A stretch of 62,809 nt of DNA, counting the filler, from Folioceros fuciformis (taxonomy: Eukaryota): assembly GCA_049999805.1 (NCBI GenBank). It is 10 parts of 10 records of this genome, joined end to end, with 100 filler letters (N's around TTAATTAATTAA, not from the genome) between each part and the next. Parts side by side here need not be neighbours in the genome. Positions count along the whole stretch, not along the records: positions 37,465 to 45,736 come from JBNGIO010005238.1; positions 45,837 to 54,412 come from JBNGIO010005239.1; 8 more parts are not named here. The stretch is one strand, 5' to 3'. Position 1 is the stretch's first letter. The number at the start of each line of letters is the position of its first letter. Below, in pieces: positions 40,679-52,796 of this stretch. The position numbers were made by a program, and so were the translations under genes. The notes beneath the pieces are model-generated. The model was given only the letters and a program-made list of their open reading frames with translations. It was not told the DNA's origin and did not search any database.

Positions 40679-43351
40679 TGTCGAGGGCCTAAGTGTTTGG
40701 GCCTTAGGCATTAAGTAGCCGCATATCATAACCTAAACCTAACCGCCACCAGGACCAACCGCTGTCGGGTATGACGGTTGAGTCAAGGGACATCGTCCCT
40801 AGACCTGGACGTGTCCGCTGACCCTTATGTATCGCGCTGCTCACATGAGCTAATCTAATCTTGTCTTTCTGCTAGCATGCATATGATCTCTAGTTTTTTG
40901 CCTATCTCCTATGTTGCCATAATGCGATATGGTATCAGAGCCATTAATCGCTTTTTTCTTGGCCTGCATCTCGCCTGAGAATGGATTCTTGGAGAATGCA
41001 CAATCTCGTGAGCATTCATCTTAGAAGAGCAGGTCAAGACATTAGCATCTAGGAGAGATCGCAGCGCCTCTCGAGGCCTGCATCATGCCTCGACGCGATT
41101 GAAGATCCCAATGCCAGAATCAGAGTGCCTGGATGCAATCAGAGTTCCAGTCAGTCCAATCTCGGGCACTACAACCGGCAGCTGCGAACTGGAATTCTAT
41201 AGGTCTGAAAGCATATCTACAAGCAGAGATAGAGATACGACCAACCTTCTTGTTCGAATCTCTTGCAAGTTAGATTTGCTGGATAGAGAAGTACGTGACC
41301 TTGCTGTTGCACTCACTTCTCTCAACCTGTGTCCACGAAGAACACAACCCCCTGCATCTGAGAATGGGGTCACATTTTGACCAGTAGATGCATATGGGTT
41401 ATGGTCACCAGTCCATCCTCGTCTGAAGGAGGGTCAACATCCTCATCCAGACCCCAAACACCTCCACAAAGACCAAGGCTTCTCAGAATTCCCTTATGGA
41501 CAACACCCAAGATTCAGGCAGTACCAAGCATGTCTGGAGCTGGTGGCGGTGGCGGTGGAGGGGGAGGAGGCGGAGGAGGGAGTGGTGGCGGTGGTGGTGG
41601 TCCGCAACCACAAGCACCTGTACACACAAGTGTCACACACTTCAAAGTAGACCTCAAGGATAGAGATCGCTTCAATGGGAGCGAGTATGAGATCTGGACA
41701 TAGTCTTGGGAACGAACGTGAAGCCACCAGTAGGTTCCCCACCAGCGGACATTGATGCCTGGGTCAAGGGTGACTGCCGAGCACGGAGCATCCTTGTAGC
41801 AGGATTTGACAAAAATATGTTGCACCATGTGCAAGGACTGGACACAGCTGCTGAGATGTGGTCCACCTTTGATCAGATGTTCCAGACAAAGAACTCTGCA
41901 TCCATGGTTAACTCTACACGAGCCTTTTGGCACCTCAAAATGAAGGAAAGTGAGCCAATTGAGGCTCACCTCAATAAGTTCCGAGCACTTCGAGCTCGTC
42001 TTGCTGCATGTGGCACTAAGGTGGACGAAACCCAGGCTGCAAGAGCTCTTCTTATGTCACTACCTTCCAGCTACTGTACATTTGTCTCCTCATAGAATAA
42101 CAATATGCGGGCTGCTGGTGGAGGTAACCTGACAGAGGTCATCGGTGCAGTACTAGAAGAAGAAGCAACTAGACATGGCAGTCGCCATGATGGTAGGCAT
42201 GATGGTGCAAGCAACTCAAGCAAGGTGCTGTATTCATCTAAAGGAAAAGGACCCTACTTGTCAAATAGCAGGCAAGGGGGAAGACGTACCTTAGTGTCAA
42301 AACCCTACAGCTCCAAGAAGAAGGGAGCTTGCAACTGGTGCAAGATCCCGGGGCACTTCGAGAAAGAATGTCGGAAAAAGGCTGCAAGGGAGCCCAAACG
42401 GGACGGATCCTCCAGTGCTGAGACTCATACAGCTGCCATTAAGAAAACAGGCACCATTCTTGCTACCTGCCTAGTATCTTCAAACGAGGATCGTAAATGT
42501 TGGTTCATGGACTCGGGGGCATCCCATCACGTCTGCAATCAACATGAGGCGTTTACAGAGTACAAACCTGTTTTGAATGATCAGACAATCCGGGTGGGAG
42601 ATAACCGTGAACTACCCATATTAGGGACGGTTCAGTCCCACTAAGTCTGCCATCTAGACATGAAATCACATTGGCTGATGTTCTACATGTTCCTAGGATG
42701 GTAAAGAACCTAGTATCTGTCACAAAATTGAAGGTGACCTTACAAGGGTTCGAGTGCTGTTTGAGTCGGAGCATGATGAATGCCATATTGAACAAGATGG
42801 AACAATCCTGGCCAGAGCATATCCCTCCAACGATTTGTACAAGTTGGAATGCACACCGTCCAGGATCTATCGAGCTGCTCACCTTACACAAGCTGATCAC
42901 TTTGCTCAATTCAGGCTATGGCATCACAGACTTGGCCATATCAATGTGCGTAGGACGAAGGAGGCTGTTGAGGGAAACCTGTACAGAGAACCCCTCAAGC
43001 TTCAGCCTCAACCCAAGTTGTTTTGTGAGCCCTGCATTTACGGCAAGCATCACAAGTCACCTCACTTAGACAAAAACCATACAAGAGCTAAGGTTTTGCT
43101 GGAGTTAGTACATTCTGACTTGTGTGGACCCATGTCCAAGTTGTCTGTTGGAGGAGCAAAATATTTCCTTTCTTTTATAGACGACTGGAGCAGGTTTACA
43201 ATTGTCTACTGTTTGGCTAAGAAGTCTCAGACATTAGAGTCCTTCATGGATTACCTTGCAACTGCACAGCGTCAGACTTCACACCTGCTCAAAACACTTC
43301 GCACAGATGGTGGGGGTGAGTACGGGTCCAATGCCTTCAAACAGCTCTGCT
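40679..43351 (+). mobile_element. Ty1/Copia element 5' half (LTR, PBS, extra ORF, gag, protease, integrase start)
   Basis: LTR 40679-40929 (TGTCG..CGATA); PBS TGGTATCAGAGCC at 40930-40942. Confidence 0.92.
41530..43351 (+). pseudogene. gag-pol: Copia gag-protease-integrase, degenerate
   Basis: Poly-Gly N-terminus; DRFNGSEYEIW; LLMSLPSSY; CNWCKIPGHFEKEC; WFMDSGASHH; LWHHRLGH..CEPC; LVHSDLCGPM; LRTDGGGEY. Confidence 0.93.
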
Positions 43352-45440
43352 GTGGCCAGGGCGAAGTTCCTAATCGAATCTCTCAAATTTTGGCGGCTAG
43401 TAGGCTACTTGCATTGGAAAAGCCCACCTCAGGAGTGCGCCCTATTGCTATGGGGGAGGTATTTTTGTGCCTTATCAGCCGAAGTATTGCAATTCAACTT
43501 CATGAGTACTTCCAAGCGCATCTTGCAACCCACCAATTTGGGATTGCTACCCCAGGTGGGTGTGAATCTGTCGCTTTCGGCATCCAGGCGGCCCTTGAGT
43601 TACATCCTCACTAGGTAGCTTTGCAAGTTGATATTTAGAATGCTTTCAACACCGTCTCTAGGGTCGCCATTTTCTCGGAGCTCAAGAGTGCAGGAGGTCA
43701 ATTGGCAAGTCTTATCCCTTTTGTTCGCTCCTTCTATGGCTCGCCATCCAAGCTCTACTACCAACATGGCCCGACTATTGAGGGGGTCTTAGTTTTTGAT
43801 TCAGCAACAAGCACAAGGCAAGGGGATCTGCTGGGGGGTGCTCTTTTTGCAATGGCACATTTTCATGCGTTGTCCTCTACTACCTTAGCATTTCGAGAAT
43901 GCCTTTTCCCTTCCGTGGTTGATGACACTCATATTCTTGGGCAAGGAGTCACAGTCAAAGCAGCATTTGATTTCTTCTCATCAGAGCTCTCCAAGGTGGG
44001 GTTGCGGGTCAAGCTATCTAAATATAGGGTTTGGTCTCCTTCGAGCACCACTCCCCCCCTTCAATATTTTGGGGGGGGGATATCACCCCCTCGCAGGGAC
44101 TTCGAGTCTTGGGTGTGCCTATGGGACCTCCTGATTTTGTTCATAGGTTTGTGGATGAAGCATTGGATGAAGATTTGGCTCATATCATGGACCTCTCACA
44201 AATCGGTGATCCTCAGATTGCGTTTGGTATCCTTTCTTCTTGTTTTGCACGGCGACCAGGTTACCTCACTAGAACTGTTGCGCCTTCTCTATTTTTCTTA
44301 TCAAGTCTCAAGAAGTTTGATGAACAAGTATGCAGGCTCTTGGGAACATAATAGGTCCGGGCACATTCGAGTGTGTTGTCGGTGATTTGGCTCGGAAGCA
44401 GGCTTCTTTGCTAGTCACCTTTGGAGGGGTTGGTCTTTTGGCCATGGAAACCTCTGCCCCAGCTGCCTTTCTCGACAGCTGGGTCCTCTCAGCTCCAATT
44501 TTGGCCTCTCGTTTTTTGCTACAGGATTCCCCTGTTCTTGAAAGTTTTATTTCAGGTGTTGAGGAGGGCGTTTTCCCTTTACAGGTGTCTCTTAGGCAAG
44601 CGAGGGATTCCCTACCTTTGGAGGCTTGTGAGGCTCTACCTCCTTTCACCTCCTTTTCTAGGGAAGGGTTGAAGGGTCTCCAAGCCTCCCTCCTAGAAAA
44701 GCAATATGACCAAGCACTAAGAGCCCTTCTTTCAAACTCATCCATCCCTAGGTCTTCTTGAGCTCGTATTCGATCTTGTTCAGGTAAAGGAGCGGGCTCT
44801 TGGCTCTTAGCTCGACCTTACATCCAGGCGTTTCGAATCGCACTAGTAACTTTCGCCATCGCGATCAGATTTCACTTAGGTTTGGCCCACCTCTTGGCTT
44901 TTTCTCTCTCTACATGCAGTTGTAGGGTTGTCATTATCAATACAGGGTCCCATTTGGCGCGTTGTCCCGTTGGGGGGCACGACATTGCCACTCATGATGC
45001 AGTTCAAGATGTCATGTTCTCAATGGCTAGGAAGTGTGGGTTTCTTCCGTATAGGGAGCGTCCATATACTTTTCACTTAGAGCCGACCTTTTCTTCACTA
45101 GGGGAGAACAAGTTTGTGTTGATGATGTGATTGTTACGGATCCTGCTAGGGATTCGATTTTTGAGCACGTCATCATCAACCTCCCTGGTTGGGCAGTAGA
45201 GGGTTGTGTGAGTGCCATAGTCCATAAGTATTCTCCATTGCAAGACGGGCGTACTTTCATCCCCCTTGCTCTTGAGACTCATGGAGCTATGGGAAAGGAC
45301 TTTTCAAGGTTTATCAAGGAGTGCGCCAAGGTTTTGAAAATGATATTCGCAGGGGGGAGTACCTCTTTTTGCCTTTGGCCCTAATAAGGTTGTTCCTCCA
45401 ATCTTTGGAGTAGATGGGACTTTCTATCTCTTTTTCAATC
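43352..45440 (+). mobile_element. 5'-truncated CRE-like non-LTR retrotransposon (RT, zinc finger, restriction-like endonuclease)
   Basis: RLLALEK..GVRPIAMGE; HQFGIATPGGCE; NAFN; RQGDLLGGALF; SVVDDTHILG; GLRVLGVPMG; GGVGL; CSC..HLARC..THDAVQD; FIPLALETHG. Confidence 0.85.
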
Positions 45441-45448
45441 ATAGAAAA

Positions 45449-45736
45449 TACACACTCACAAACAAGAACACACGTCTACACTCACAAACAAGAACACACT
45501 TGTACACACACAAACAAGAACACACGTCTCCACTCACAAACAAGAACACAGAAGTCTACACTCACAAACAAGAACACACGCCGATACTCACAAACAAGAA
45601 CACACGTCTACACTCACAAATACGAACACACGTCTACACTCACAAATAAGAACACACGGAACACTACACTCACAAATAAGAACAAACAAGAACACACGTC
45701 TACACTCACAAATACGAACACACGTCTACACTCACA
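45449..45736. repeat. 26-bp minisatellite (ctcacaaacaagaacacacgtctaca)n
   Basis: About 11 units running into the gap. Confidence 0.92.
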
Positions 45737-45836
45737 NNNNNNNNNNNNNNNNNNNNNNNNNNNNNNNNNNNNNNNNNNNNTTAATTAATTAANNNNNNNN
45801 NNNNNNNNNNNNNNNNNNNNNNNNNNNNNNNNNNNN

Positions 45837-47781
45837 GCTCGGCTCTTCCATTCATTTCAGAATGATAGGGGATCGTTAGTTGCCTTGTTATGCCCCTATC
45901 CTCACAGAATTCTTGAAAAGCATGAGACAAGTACTCCTTGGCATTATTTGACCTGATGCACTTGAGCTGTCTGCCTGTTTGCCTCTCAGCGTATGCCAAG
46001 TATTTTTTAAAATAGTCAAAGACTTCACTTTTATGCTTCAGCAGAGACGTAAAAGTGAAATGAGGTATGTCATCCTCGAAGACTACAAAGTATCTTGCTC
46101 CTCCCCAAGAGGAAGAGGACATGGGTCCACATATGTCGGAGTGAACCAGGTCAAGAGTCTCAGTAACCTTACGAGGTTTCCCACTTCCAAAGTGGGACTT
46201 GGACTACTTTCCATGGATACAGGCAACACACAACTCTAGATCATGAAGTTCTAATTCTAAAATACCAGTGACCATTTTTTCCCTAAGTAGACGTCTCATT
46301 GCCTTTATGTGTGGATGACCTGATCTACAATGCCACAAATAGGTTTGGTTAACTGGTGCCTTTGCGTCTGCTACATGTGCTGTAGGTTTAGAGGACTCTA
46401 GAAAGAAATCTAGAAGATAAAGATCATAAAGAGGTCTACCACGGACTATAACGGTGGATGGAGACTGAACTGAAGAAATGGCACACTCTACACCCTCAAA
46501 GGTAATCTTATACAAACCTGTCTTTCCCAAATACATTGTGCTAACAAATTTTTTTGTGAGTAGGGGGACATGCAAGGTATTTGCTAACTCAAAGGGTGAC
46601 CCATTCTGCAGGGTTACTACTACTGTCCTGGAACCATGGATTGGCAACTGTGAGTTATCACCTAGAACCACTGCATGATCATGACCAGAGGGAGTTGGGG
46701 TGTATGTAACAAAAGCTCTTCTCATGGAACACATGTGGTTGGAAGCACCACTATCCAAGAACCAATGAAAGGTGTCTCTTGAGGATGAGGCAAGACACGT
46801 AACAAGCAGCCCTGGCGTCGAGGCCCTGGTAACATGTGTCTCTAAAGGGTGCTTTCCTTGAGCAAAATCATCTGACTTCTTCTTTCTGCAGTCCTTGACC
46901 CAATGGCCTGGTTTGCCACAGTAATTACACACGCCAGGCTTTTTAGCTAAGCTGCTAGAACTACTGTAGTCAGATGAAAATGAAGGTGAGGACATATACC
47001 CTCTGCCTCGACCAGAACCTCCCCTGCCACGGCCTCCTCTTCCGCGACCTCTGCCACGTCCTCGTCCACCAAAAAGAGCTGAGTCTCCATGCTTGTTGAA
47101 CTGACCTGACTTCATGTGCTTTCTACTTGCTTCTGCTTGAAGAAGTGCACCAACCAACTTCTGAACAGTTAAGTTAGTCTGTGCAGGTTGGGATGTGGTT
47201 CCACTGCTACTGCTTGTTGACTGGAGCTCCAAGCTTCATAGCTTGGAGGTAAAGATGCAAGGAGTTGTACTGCTGCCCTACTTTCGGACAAAATTACACC
47301 ACAAGAGGCAAGTCTGGCCCTTGCAGCGCTGAACTTAGCCACATGATTCTCAATGGAGTCAGACTCCCTCATCCTTAAGTTCTGAAAATTCTGAGTGGCA
47401 GCAACCTCGGTCATGATGTCCTTAGACTCATATGTTTCAGCCAAAAGCGACCAGACTTCATGTGTAGTGCTAGTGAGCTTTATGTGTGGTATCATCTCCT
47501 GATACTGATGCAACTAAAATGGAACGAGCCTTCCGGTCGTATCTTGTCCATTCTGCTGCTTGCACGGTTGTCCAATTAACCACGTTCTATCCTCCAGGTG
47601 ACATAGCTCCAGACGGCTGACCAGCAACCCGTTTGGGTATAGAGCAGTCAACAATATCCATGAGAAGCTTGTCTTCCAAAATGCATCTTATGTGAAAACT
47701 CTAGGTATCGTAATTTGAAGGGGTTAACCTGTCCCTTTCAGGTAGGCGGTCATATGATGAGTCTCCACCTTGACTACTCAT
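45837..47781 (-). pseudogene. gag-pol: Copia gag-protease-integrase, degenerate
   Basis: DRLTPSNYDT; LLASLPPSY; RGG-rich tract; CNYCGKPGHWVKDC; WFLDSGASNHM; LWHCRSGHP..CVAC; IRSNNAKEY; EMNGRAE. Confidence 0.93.
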
Positions 47782-47796
47782 TTTGTCACAATTGAT

Positions 47797-48303
47797 TTAT
47801 AGTGCAGAGCCCAAGTTGGGCATTAGCAACTGCCTCATCTCCTTAATTTCTTTGGTATGTCTCTTGACCTCAAGCTCTTGAGATACATTTGAAAGTTTTT
47901 CTGCTTCTCTTAACTTCTCCAAATTATCTAGCCTGGAAATTACACAATCTAACTTACTATTGAGTTCTAGGATTGTGTTGTTATTGTGCAAGCTTGAAAG
48001 AACCAAGGAGTCTACTTGTGGACGAAGAGAGTGTTGGGACTCTGATAGTAGTTTTGGTAAGACAGTATGTGACTTTTGTTTTTCCTCTATGCAAATTGGT
48101 TCCCTCACTGCAGAAGATGAGTGAATGGAAATAGATTGTGATGCAAGGAATGAATCAACAAAGGTTTGAAGAAATTGGAGTCGTTGTTTACTCCCTTTTG
48201 GTGTAATGGACTTCTTAAAGTATAGATCTTCAAATTCTTCAAAAAAGTTGTCTTGTCTTGGTGAGGCTGTCCACAGGTGACTATTGCCTCCCTTTCGAGG
48301 CAT
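47797..48303 (-). CDS. Intact 168-aa extra ORF upstream of Copia gag (coiled-coil C-terminus)
   Basis: Open ATG-to-stop frame between PBS and gag, ending 15 nt before the gag ATG (47781). Starts MPRKGG; contains LELNSKLDCVISRLDNLEKLREAEKL. Confidence 0.65.
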   Translation of the reverse strand: MPRKGGNSHLWTASPRQDNFFEEFEDLYFKKSITPKGSKQRLQFLQTFVDSFLASQSISIHSSSAVREPICIEEKQKSHTVLPKLLSESQHSLRPQVDSLVLSSLHNNNTILELNSKLDCVISRLDNLEKLREAEKLSNVSQELEVKRHTKEIKEMRQLLMPNLGSAL

Positions 48304-49119
48304 TGTGCTTGTAGGATTACAGGTTCAATTCTTCAGACCATCCAAGGCGCTTGTGAATTTTTAAGCCAAACACCTTACACGTCTTCCTAGCCATCTTCTT
48401 GGCTCAAAAACCCGATGTCACCCTAAATGCCACCTTTCTTGTATAGCACCATCGCGACTGATCCTGGGAGAACCGGACGCGTGGTGCTGGTGAAGATCCA
48501 CACAGCTAGTGGTGTAAAAACCCCGGCTCTGATACCATGTAATGGATCTAGAGCTCATGAGAGACTGGATCGCAAACAAGCAGTGGCAAAAGAAAAAGGA
48601 TGCAATAAAACTCTAGGAATATGATACATAAAGTAGCAACTACGACTGGTAGTTATAACTGTCTGCTGAACCTAAATAAAATAAACTTAAACTAATCTAG
48701 GGTATGAACCAATGTCAATAATATATCTAACTTAAGATATCTAACAGAAATGATCGGAATGTAATGTAGATTCTGAAAATTACCCTCACAACTTGTTCCG
48801 AATCGGCTTTCCACAAATTAGGCCTCGATCACTCACACTTGGAGTGTCCCAGCCTCCTATTGAAATTTGGCCGCCCGCGGCTTTGGATTGATCCCAATGC
48901 CTCGCGGCCGGATTGATTCGACGCCCACGCCCTTGCCCACGGCATCCGCATCGCTCCAGCGCTCGCTCTCCAGTGCCCGTGTCCTTGCCCATGGCGTCCA
49001 CGTCGCTCCGATGCCCACTCTATGGCGCCCGCGGCGTCCGCGCTGCCCGTGCTTCGGCGCCCGCGGGGTCAGGCGCTCGGCCGTTGCAGGGGCCTGGGGC
49101 TCTAGTGCCCCTAGCGCCC

Positions 49120-52100
49120 TGTGGAGTCCACATGATGAACAGACTCTTGGAAAATGGAAGGGTTTCTTTTTTGGGGAATCTTTGATTGAATTTTGTAGAG
49201 AAACGGTTTGGAGATTGGGTTAGATTAGTGGGTTAGTGAGTAGGGTCTAGGTAGGGTGTGTGGTAGGTAGGACACGGGTTAGGTGCCTCTGGTTAGGGTG
49301 TCCAGATGTGTGTGGAACCCAGACTCCTGAGTGGAGCTGCCTGGAGTGGCCAGGCAGTGACAATGACGAGGAGACCGAGGGTCGAGGTATGCCTGATAAG
49401 GGGGCAGGGTAGGACGAGGGCTCCGGGGCAAGCGCTGTCAACGATATCATGGCATAAGTAGGTAACCAACAAGGCAGGTCTTGTGGCGCACTCTTGCTCT
49501 CTAGCCGGACTGGATGTGGGTGACAAGGCTAGGGGATGCAAGCGGGACTGGCTTGACCAATGGCCGGGTTGCTCGCTATCTGAGGTGGCTATGGCGGGGA
49601 GTCCTTTCTGATGGCCTATCGTGCCGCCTGTATTGTGGGCACAGGAGGCTGGAAGCTGCAACCAAGCACCAAGATGGCATCTACTTCTGGGGCAGAGAGA
49701 TTCGAAGATCCGTCATGGCAGATCTACTGCGACCGGGGCTCAAGGATGCGGAACGCGGGTTGTTGGAATCATCTAAGGGCTCGACGAACAAGCGGTGTAG
49801 TACAATGCTATGGCGGCAATGGCATAGGGTTCCGGACAAGCTGGGTGGCGGCACTCCATCAACAACTGTGTGAGCATCCAAGTGGTTGTGCAGATAGGCG
49901 TTGTGGCTAGATTCGGGGTTTGGCAGGATGGTCGGGCTGCAGCAGGCCATCATGGGAGGCGGGGTGCAGGCAAGGCCGCCAAGCCGCCTGATGCAGAGTC
50001 CAGAAATTGCGGTCTACTTCTGCCGCTTGTGGTGACCTGGAGTAGTGGTCCAGACTGATTCGGGCATGACGGATTGCCAAAGTGGGGACGGTGCGAAACA
50101 GGAGGGGTTGAGTCCCGAGCATGGGGAAGACCCTGAACGAGCACGATAACTAGATCGGGGGTGCCCTTTGCATGCCTTATATCCAGGCTGTCCTACACCA
50201 GCCTCTACACAATGAAGCTATGGCCTCAGCTGGTGAAAGGCTGTAAGGGGACTTGTCTGACGTCTTTTGAATGGCCCCCATTTTCCAGCAGTAGCCTGAT
50301 GTGGAAGCCCTCCTAGTCGGTGAGGGTGAAAACAGTGTGGATTCTATAAAGTTCCGGGGATGGGGTTAAGTGGACGGATGCTTGTGAGGAGGTTGGGAAG
50401 GATCAAAGCCATGAGCGCAAGCAATGGGCAGCTGGTGGCGCATCCCTCTCTAAAGTAGTCTGGCTTGCCGCAAGTTTTGCTAAACATCCTGAAGGATCTC
50501 CAAAAGTGCGGATTACGGGTATGGTATGTTGATGGGTTGCTGCACTCTGGCTTGAGCCCTGACGAGAAGGTCAAAGGGACTGGACGATTGCTCAGTTGGG
50601 TTGTGGCCAGTCTTGGGATCCATGTCCAGTTCAAGGGGATTATGGTAGTCTGGACAAAGGTCGGAGGAGAAGGCTACCAGGAGGATGTGTGTGGACAAAG
50701 CTGAGGGATTGGCAAACTACCCCATCCAGACATAGGACATAAGTGGCATTCGGCTTTCCATCCACTAGCAGCAAGCCTGGTTGCTTATAGGCTGAAAGTC
50801 TAGCATAGGTGTCCTGCTAGTGGGTGGGAAGCCCATTGATGGCTATGTTGGTAGGATTGGTGGGGTGTCATCTCCAGTGCCCAGCTTGCAAGGTGCTCAT
50901 CCAGGGGCGCTAGGTGGGTAGTTTTGCCGGGACATGAGTCTTGGCCAGCAGAATGGAGGGAAAGACCTGAAGATGGAAGACTCTGAAGGGTGCAGGATGA
51001 TCGAAGGGGAAGGGATGATATGATCTGAGAGAGGAGGGGGGTGTGAGAAGCACTCCTGATTTTTGGTAGATATGAGGGGCTGATAATTTTGGATAGAGGG
51101 CAACCAGCGGTGTCAAGGGGTAACGGGCAATTAGAAGTAAGGGTAGGTTAGAGTTAGGCTTCTTGGTTGGGATTAGAACTAGGTCTAATTAGGGTTGGGT
51201 CAAATCTAGGTTAGGTTAAGTTTAGACCTGATTAGGTTAGGTCAAGCCTAGGTTAGGTTTAGGTCAGACCTAGGTTAGGTTTAGGTCAGAACTNNNNNNN
51301 NNNTTAGGTCAGACCTAGGTTAGGTTTAGGTCAGACCTAGGTTAGGTTTACGTCAAACCGAGGTTAGGTTTACGTTAAACCGAGGTTAGGTTTACGTCAA
51401 ACCAAGGTTAGGTTTACGTCAAACCGAGGTTAAGTTTACGTCAAACCGAGGTTAGGTTTACGTCAAACCGAGGTTAGGTTTACGTCAAACCGAGGTTAGG
51501 TTAGGTTTAGGTCAGAACCAAGTGTAGGTGTGGCTTAGGTCAGAGAGATGGTTAGGTGGTTGATTCAGGTTAAACCTAGTAGACAAAGATGGAGGGTTAG
51601 GTAGTATAAGAAGGCATACTTGCCATTGAGGAGGGGGTGGTCTACGGTGTGATTTCCCTTGACCTTGTGTACAGACTCCCGGCCTAGAGTGCTGAGCCGG
51701 TTTGAGACTAAGGACTTGATTCCCCTTGCCACTAGGGGGACGTGGTGGATCCCAAGATTGCTGAGATTCGTGTGGCCGGATCCGCAATGGTTGAACATTT
51801 TGCAGGCTAGCTGAGGTGAAGTGACAGGGCCATGAGCCAGGAGGGCTATCCAGTCCTAGTTCCCACACCCGTGCTCGAAGACTGCAAGAAGCAAGGCTAT
51901 TGTGTCCTAAATTCTAGGGGTGAGCTGAAGCAAAGTGGGGAAGTGTTGGAGTGAAGTGAAGTGAAGTGTGAGCTGCTAGAGTGCAGAAGTGTGACCTGAA
52001 GTGAAGAGGTGAATGACTGAAGTGAAGAAGTGATGGAATGAAGTGGAGTCATGAAGGGGTGAAGGGCTAAAGTGCTGGAGTGTGGAATTAGTGGATTGAG

Positions 52101-52302
52101 CTGAAGGTAGGCTAGGGATTTTGACCTCTTTGTCGGAGTGCGGTCAGGAGTAGGGACCAGCTGATAGGTAGAAGTCAAAGTAGGTAATTGTAGGCATTCT
52201 TAACACTAGTTCACTCCCTTGGGGCGAATCATAAGACTGCAACGATAATAAGAGGAAGTGTGGCCCTTTTGGTGGTTGTTGGGTGCAAGAAATCACTCCA
52301 CA
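49120..52302 (-). mobile_element. Giant solo LTR, copy 3 (3183 bp)
   Basis: Perfect 8-bp inverted termini TGTGGAGT..ACTCCACA and a perfect 5-bp TSD CGCCC (49115-49119, 52303-52307). Confidence 0.92.
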
Positions 52303-52510
52303 CGCCCCCCGGGCGGCCTGGCGCCTTGGCCGCCGCCCGGTGCTTGGCTCTCACTCTCACTCCCGCTACCGCACTGTCGTGGCCTGAGCATAGCGGGGCT
52401 GGAGCCCCCTGCACCCCGAGATACCACACACGGATCCCCGGATGCCGAATGCTATCCTCATGGGCACTTTGTCTGCAGCACCTGCAGACATCACCATGTC
52501 CACAATCCTA

Positions 52511-52796
52511 GCTCTAATACCAGTTGAAGGATCGCTAGAGGAGCCACATGGTGAAGGAGGAGAGGAGAAAGAGAGGTCTCACACTCTCACAATGTCTCAA
52601 TAGCAAGGGAGCTCCAGGGAGTATTTATACACTTTAGAAGAGCTCCTAAGGAAGCTTCACAAGAAGCGCACAGGAAGCTGCACAAGAAGCTTCCTACATA
52701 TTAGCTTAAGCTAATCTAAACAAATGATACTTAACTAGACACTAATCTTAGACTAAACACATTAATCTAAGCACATTGGGCTTTAATAACCCTACA
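52511..52796 (-). mobile_element. 5' LTR and PBS of a Copia-family element whose GC-rich internal region (52303-52510, 48791-49119) hosts the solo LTR
   Basis: LTR 52525-52796 is homologous to 53925-54251. PBS TGGTATTAGAGC at 52511-52522. Confidence 0.8.

Larger units (their letters stand above)
45837..48790 (-). mobile_element. Ty1/Copia element 5' half (LTR, PBS, extra ORF, gag, protease, integrase)
   Basis: LTR from 48538 to about 48790; PBS TGGTATCAGAGCC at 48525-48537. Confidence 0.92.

Noticed and set aside
45449-45736. CRISPR-like array
   Set aside because: The units are head-to-tail with no unique spacers, there are no cas genes, and the context is eukaryotic.
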